Position numbers and translations under genes: made by a program
Source: Nitrospirota bacterium
Lineage (GTDB): Bacteria > Nitrospirota > UBA9217
Direction of reading: 5' to 3'
DNA: 64,000 bases
Assembly: GCA_963790205.1 (NCBI GenBank)
Contig: CAWBNQ010000008.1
Location: 1 to 64,000 of the forward strand
The notes under the pieces: model-generated
What the model was told of the DNA's origin: nothing
What the model saw: the letters and a program-made list of their open reading frames with translations, nothing else
Database searches by the model: none
In this document: piece by piece, positions 59,340 through 64,000 of the stretch
Layout: each line of letters starts with the position of its first letter
Position numbering within the stretch: position 1 is the first letter of the stretch

Positions 59340-60416
59340 ATGGCCAAGACACTGCAGGATCTCATGCCCGCAAATGCAAGAAAAAAACTGGGAAACGCAA
59401 CCAAACTCAACGTGGTTTCCTCTCATGACGTCTTCAGGGTGCTGAAGGAAGACAAAGTGATCATTATGGCGTGCAATACGAGGATCAAACATGTGATCCC
59501 GGGGATCATGCGCGCGGCCGAGGACCTCGATGCCGTCGTGTGCTTCGAGCTCGCTAAGAGCGAGGGAGACCTCAAGGGCGGTTATACCGGCATGGACCCC
59601 TCTAAATACGCGGAGACAGTCTTCGGATACGCGGACTCGATCAAATTCTCCAAGCCCTTCTTTATCCACGGCGATCACGTGACCACCAAGAGCCCTGATC
59701 CGGCAGTCGTCGGAAGCTCCCGGGACCTTATCACGGCCGAGCTTGCGGCGGGGTATACCTCGATCGCCATAGACGCATCGTTCAATGAAACGCCGGATAA
59801 CATCAAGATCAGCTCGGAACTCGGACGCCTGGTGCTCGACGCGGGCTGCGGCCTCGAGGCGGAGGTCGGGGAAATTAAATCGACCAAAGAAGGCGGAGAG
59901 ATCACGACCGTGGAAGAGGCGGTGGAGTTCATCGAGGGCATGGAAAAAGCGGGGGTGCATGCCGATCTTTTGGCCACCAACAACGGCTCCAAACACGGAA
60001 ATTACAAGCCCGGCGAAGAGGTCCATATCGAGCTCAAACGCACCGGCGACATCTACAACGCGATCAGGAAATGGGGCGTGTGCATTGCGCAGCACGGCAT
60101 CACCGGCACTCCGCTGGACCAGGTGGGCCAGTTCGCCGATTACGGGATCAGAAAAGGCAACGTGGGCACCAACTGGCAGAACATCGCTCACGACTGCCTG
60201 CCGGCAGACCTCATGAGCAAGATGCGCGAGTGGGCAAAGAAAGAGAACAAGGACATCAAATTCGCCACGAAACAGTTCCTGTCCGATATCGATTCGATCT
60301 CAAAGGACTATGTGAAAAAGACCGAGGAAATGGCGTACCGGTCCGCCGCGGAGTTCATTACCGCGTTCCGCGCCAGGGGCACGGCGTCGCTCGTGGCCAA
60401 GCGGCTTCTGCAATAA
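59340..60416 (+). CDS. fba: class II fructose-bisphosphate aldolase family protein
   Basis: HGDH, IDAS, EAEVGEI, GSKHG, QHGITG, KGNVGT. Confidence 0.87.
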   Translation: MAKTLQDLMPANARKKLGNATKLNVVSSHDVFRVLKEDKVIIMACNTRIKHVIPGIMRAAEDLDAVVCFELAKSEGDLKGGYTGMDPSKYAETVFGYADSIKFSKPFFIHGDHVTTKSPDPAVVGSSRDLITAELAAGYTSIAIDASFNETPDNIKISSELGRLVLDAGCGLEAEVGEIKSTKEGGEITTVEEAVEFIEGMEKAGVHADLLATNNGSKHGNYKPGEEVHIELKRTGDIYNAIRKWGVCIAQHGITGTPLDQVGQFADYGIRKGNVGTNWQNIAHDCLPADLMSKMREWAKKENKDIKFATKQFLSDIDSISKDYVKKTEEMAYRSAAEFITAFRARGTASLVAKRLLQ

Positions 60417-60657
60417 CGCTTCATGGCCGGAAGCGATATCCGCCGGGGAAGCAAGAAGACTTAGAAAGTAAAGCTCTAAAGCTGAAACTCGAAATTCTGG
60501 ACAATATTGAAGAACCAATACGCAACTTTTAAACATTGAGATTTTGATATTGTTCAGCGTTTAGGAACTAGTGCTTCGGATCTGCATAATCCTCTGTACC
60601 CTGTCTCCGTGTCTCTAACGATGTCTCAGAACCGTTTCTATATTTGAAAGGCGGCAG

Positions 60658-61413
60658 ATGGACCCCCAATCCAAGTGGACACTGATATTCGCCCGGTCCC
60701 GGAGGAAGCAGCTCCCCCTGGACATCGAGCACTGCTCGCCGATCGCCCTGCACAGTATCGTTCTCGACGTTCACACCTCCGATTCGGTCCTTGAACGTAT
60801 TGCCCAGGTTTATTTCGACAACGAGGACATCCTGAAAGACCTGGTCCGCTGCCCGAACCTGTCCGAGACGACCCTCGCGTTCATCGCGTTGACGGCATCG
60901 GATGAGGTCAAAACATTCATTGCCGGCACACGCGTGCTCGATGTGGTGATGGGAGACGAGGCGGCGGGGGAGGGCCCCGAAGGAAAGAGGAAAAAGCTCA
61001 ACATTCAGCAGCTTATCATCAAAATGAGCCCCGCGCAAAAGATCAAGCTCGCCTTGACGGGAGCCAAGGAGGCGCGCAGCCTGCTCATCCGCGAATCGAG
61101 CAAGATCATCGCGCTGTCGGTGCTGGCAAATCCCCGGCTCACCGCCGGCGAAGTGGAGTTCTTTGCCAGGTCGCAGAACCTGAGCGAGGATGTCATACGC
61201 AAGATCGGCGGCAACGCCGAGTGGACGAGAAAAAACAATGTCGTGAGCGCGCTCGTGTTCAACCCCAAGACGCCGGTAGGCATCTCTCTCCCGTTCGTCA
61301 GCAGGCTGAATGACCGGGACCTCGGCATTCTCGAAAAGAGCCGCAGCGTGCCGGAGGCCGTGCGCACCGCGGCGCGCAACCGGCTCATTAAGAAAAAGCT
61401 CGGCAAAGGGTAG
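60658..61413 (+). CDS. conserved hypothetical helical-repeat protein
   Basis: QKIKLAL.G.KEAR.LLIR, VLANPRLT, ALVFNPKTP repeats; function unknown. Confidence 0.72.
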   Translation: MDPQSKWTLIFARSRRKQLPLDIEHCSPIALHSIVLDVHTSDSVLERIAQVYFDNEDILKDLVRCPNLSETTLAFIALTASDEVKTFIAGTRVLDVVMGDEAAGEGPEGKRKKLNIQQLIIKMSPAQKIKLALTGAKEARSLLIRESSKIIALSVLANPRLTAGEVEFFARSQNLSEDVIRKIGGNAEWTRKNNVVSALVFNPKTPVGISLPFVSRLNDRDLGILEKSRSVPEAVRTAARNRLIKKKLGKG

Positions 61414-61475
61414 GCCCTCTTTTTTCTCCCGCGTTCGGCCGCTCCATTCTCCGACTCCATGGAAACAGAGGTAGT

Positions 61476-62474
61476 ATGAGACATTCAATAACCGTTCTTT
61501 TCACGTTCCTCATGCTCGTCTCCGGATGCACCGGTCCCGGGCCCAAAACCGTGCAAAAAACCGAAGCGATCATGGGCACGGACGTGACGATCACGGTCGT
61601 GGCCAGGAGCGAAGAACAGGGAGCCGCGGCGATCGACGCGGCCATGGACGAGGTCAGGCGTTTCGACAGGATGATGTCGCTGTATAAGGACGACAGCGAG
61701 ATAACGCGGGTAAACCTGGCTGCGGGGAAACATCCTGTCAAGGTATCGCCTGAGATGATCGAGGCGGTGGAGGCCGCGGCCCGGGTCTCCGGCCTCACTC
61801 ACGGGGCATTCGACGTGACGATCGGACCGCTCGTCGTGCTGTGGCAGATGCGGCTCAAAGAAGGAAAAACGCCGACCGATGCAGAGATCGCGCGCATCAA
61901 ACCCCTGGTCAACTATAAGAACATCGTTATCGACAAAAGAAAATCGACGCTGTTCCTCAGAAAACCGCACATGATCATGGATCTCGGGGGCATGAAGGGA
62001 TACATAGCGGACCGGGTGAAAGAGCTCATCAAGAAACGGGGCATCGACAATGCCATTATCGCCCTTGCCGGGGACATTTGGGTGCTCGGTCGCCGGGAAG
62101 ACGGCAAACCCTGGAGGGTCGGCGTCCAGCATCCCCGGCAGCCGGAACAGACCCTTGCCGTGCTGGACCTTTCCGATAAATATATATCGACCTCCGGTGA
62201 CTACGAACGGTACAAGATCGTTGAAAAGAAGCGGTATCACCATATCATCGATCCCCGGACCGGGAAGCCGTCAACGGGCGTCATTTCCGCCACCCTGATC
62301 GGGGACCAGGGGGCGCTTATTGATCCTCTTTGCAAAGCCCCGTTCATCCTCGGGCCCGAAGAGGGGCTGAAAATCGTGAAAAAGGCCGGGGCCGAGGCCA
62401 TAATCGTGGATGAGCAGGGAAGAATTTACATGACCGACGGGGTCAAAAACCTTGTCGATCAGCCGAAGCACTGA
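61476..62474 (+). CDS. apbE: FAD:protein FMN transferase lipoprotein
   Basis: Lipobox VSGC, MGT, GAFDVTIGP, DLGG..GY, STSGDYER, HHIIDPRTG. Confidence 0.93.
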   Translation: MRHSITVLFTFLMLVSGCTGPGPKTVQKTEAIMGTDVTITVVARSEEQGAAAIDAAMDEVRRFDRMMSLYKDDSEITRVNLAAGKHPVKVSPEMIEAVEAAARVSGLTHGAFDVTIGPLVVLWQMRLKEGKTPTDAEIARIKPLVNYKNIVIDKRKSTLFLRKPHMIMDLGGMKGYIADRVKELIKKRGIDNAIIALAGDIWVLGRREDGKPWRVGVQHPRQPEQTLAVLDLSDKYISTSGDYERYKIVEKKRYHHIIDPRTGKPSTGVISATLIGDQGALIDPLCKAPFILGPEEGLKIVKKAGAEAIIVDEQGRIYMTDGVKNLVDQPKH

Positions 62475-62479
62475 GGCGT

Positions 62480-62908
62480 ATGAAAATCAAGGTCATGTTC
62501 CTGTGTACCGGCAACTCATGCCGATCCCAGATGGCGGAAGGACTCGCGCGGGAAATAGGAAGGAGCGTTCTCGAACCCTCTAGCGCGGGGCTTATGGCTG
62601 CGGGCGTGCACCCGAAGGCGATCGCTGTCATGAAAGAGATCGGTATCGATATCTCGGGTCAGAACTCGAAGGCCATCGACGAAAGACTTCTCAAGAGCAT
62701 GGACCAGGTCGTCACCCTCTGCGATAATGCTGCGGAAGCCTGTCCCATGACGCCAGAGAAGATCAAGCGCCTCCACTGGCCGATAAACGATCCTGTCAAA
62801 GCGAGGGGTACAGAAGCGGAGATCATGCAGGACTTCCGCAGGGCCCGGGACGAGATCAAGGAAAAAATTCAGGATTTCGTGATATTATTAGAAAAAGGGA
62901 AGGGCTGA
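62480..62908 (+). CDS. arsC: arsenate reductase (LMW-PTP fold, thioredoxin type)
   Basis: CTGNSCRSQMAEG, VVTLC, CP, HW...DP. Confidence 0.88.
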   Translation: MKIKVMFLCTGNSCRSQMAEGLAREIGRSVLEPSSAGLMAAGVHPKAIAVMKEIGIDISGQNSKAIDERLLKSMDQVVTLCDNAAEACPMTPEKIKRLHWPINDPVKARGTEAEIMQDFRRARDEIKEKIQDFVILLEKGKG

Positions 62909-63009
62909 TCTTACAGCTCATAAAAAAAACAGTTGCGATTCGTTGAATATATTGGTATTATAATCAAGTAACATGCCTGTTATAAGAATTGCTCAGCAAG
63001 GAGGAAGGA

Positions 63010-63315
63010 ATGGTAAGTTTGACGGATGGTGCGGTAGGCAAGTTCAAGGAAATCGTGGAAAAGCAGGGAACTGCCGGAGACGGGGTGCGGATCTTCGTGG
63101 TTCCCGGCGGATGAAGCCCCTCTCTGGCTATGGACATAGCCAAAGCGGCCCTGAAGGGCGATACGACCCTCGAAATGAAAGGTCTTAAGATTTTTCTGGA
63201 GGAACGGGCCAGCGACATGCTGATGAACACGAACATAGATTTCCAGGAAGCGCAGGGGTTCGTGCTTACGGGAATGCAGCCGAGTTCCTGCGGTTCGTCG
63301 TGCAGCACGTGCTAA
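63010..63315 (+). CDS. HesB/IscA-like selenoprotein (101 aa, UGA = Sec at codon 35)
   Basis: AGGAGG RBS; MVSLTDGAVGKFKEIV...GVRIFVVPGG-UGA-SPSLAMD...NIDF...GF...CGSSCSTC in a single frame; hairpin just after the UGA. Confidence 0.85.
63112..63145 (+). promoter_or_regulatory. bacterial SECIS-like element
   Basis: UGA at 63112-14, then stem TGGCTAT / GGAC loop / ATAGCCA at 63125-63142. Confidence 0.7.
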
Positions 63316-63347
63316 ACGGTTGACAGAAGCATCATAATTAATATAAC

Positions 63348-63383
63348 AACCGTTGCTCTTTGTATGAGGGCAGCGGTTTTTTT
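63348..63383 (+). terminator. intrinsic terminator
   Basis: Stem AACCGTTGCTCTT / GAGGGCAGCGGTT followed by a T-run. Confidence 0.7.
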
Positions 63384-63424
63384 ATGTCCCTCCCATGGAT
63401 TTTTTTCTTCATACTCCCTGTTGC

Positions 63425-63598
63425 TTCAGTAACAGGTCACAGGAAAAGTTTTTTTGCCGTCATTGCGAGCCGAAGGCGAAGCAGTCTCGTATAAACTCCG
63501 CAAACTTGGTTGTAAAAAAATCAACAACTTCGAGATTGCCGCGTCGCAAAAAACGCTCCTTGCAATGACATTTCGAGAGTTTTTTAACACCTGCTGAA
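63425..63598. repeat. nested palindromic REP/MITE-like element (GTCATTGCGAG...GCAATGAC type)
   Basis: GTCATTGC 63459-66 pairs with GCAATGAC 63562-69; GCAGTCTCG pairs with CGAGATTGC; outer CAGGT/ACCTG and TTCAG/CTGAA. Confidence 0.7.
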
Positions 63599-63702
63599 TT
63601 TCCAATCCCTCTCTCCAAGTGGTGCTAAAATAAGGGCAGAGCCTCGATACAGATTGAGGCGATCCGAACCATGCATCCTTCATCGAGACAACGCATAAAC
63701 GT

Positions 63703-64000
63703 ATGCCGCTGCTTGAAATAAACAATGTCGTTTTTGGAACCGGGCCCGACGGGAAGACGCCGATCCTCGAGGGGCTTTCCCTCTTCATCGAACCGGGGGA
63801 GGTCCATGCGCTCCTCGGCACGAACGGCACGGGCAAGAGCACCCTCGCCTGCCTCCTCATGGGCTGCGAAGGGTATCGGCCGTCGCAGGGGGAAATCCGC
63901 TTTGACGGCACGAACATCAACACGCTCGCTATCCACGAGCGCGCCCGGCTTGGGATCGCCATGGCGTGGCAGGAGCCGGTCCGTTTCGAAGGGATCATGG
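63703..64000 (+). CDS. sufC: SufC-like Fe-S assembly ABC ATPase (runs off window)
   Basis: GEVHALLGTNGTGKST.A..LMG..GY, HERARLGI..AWQEPVRFEG. Confidence 0.78.
   Translation, partial: MPLLEINNVVFGTGPDGKTPILEGLSLFIEPGEVHALLGTNGTGKSTLACLLMGCEGYRPSQGEIRFDGTNINTLAIHERARLGIAMAWQEPVRFEGIM

Noticed and set aside
62973..63188. 71-aa ORF, and the separate 61-aa ORF at 63130
   Set aside because: Better explained by the single UGA read-through HesB frame 63010-63315.

Overview
A bacterial chromosome segment, mostly GC-rich with AT-rich intergenic repeats. Gene content suggests an anaerobic Nitrospirota/Deltaproteobacteria-like organism (inference). In order it holds: a broken ISL3 fused to an HNH nuclease remnant, a PilZ-REC regulator, a long minus-strand fatty-acid operon (yceD-rpmF-plsX-fabH-[acyl-CoA dehydrogenase-etfB-etfA]-fabD-fabG-acpP-fabF-rnc-radical SAM), an MFS gene and bioA. 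Next comes a 14-kb accessory locus: a secreted transglutaminase-like protein with an ADP-ribosyltransferase-like C-terminal tip (split by a fresh IS4 insertion), an LVIVD-propeller candidate immunity gene, and a ~2700-aa secreted prenyltransferase-repeat/CARDB/FG-GAP/FN3 protein. The rest is mainly housekeeping: degP, yacL, yebC-ruvCAB, queH, spoIID-like, a GGDEF protein, aspC, ubiX, argS, tgt-yajC-secDF, a metal-sensing two-component system with copZ, fba, apbE, arsC, a HesB-like selenoprotein with UGA plus a SECIS-like hairpin, and sufC (cut by the window end). The best candidates for undescribed biology are (1) the transglutaminase-carrier polymorphic toxin/immunity/giant-scaffold locus, (2) a Bcd/EtfAB module sitting in the enoyl-ACP reductase slot of the fab operon, and (3) short dispersed repeats that have inserted in-frame into coding sequence. 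Six housekeeping genes each carry a single +1 base, most likely long-read errors. No rRNA, tRNA or CRISPR array was seen. All domain calls come from reading motifs by eye; no searches were run.
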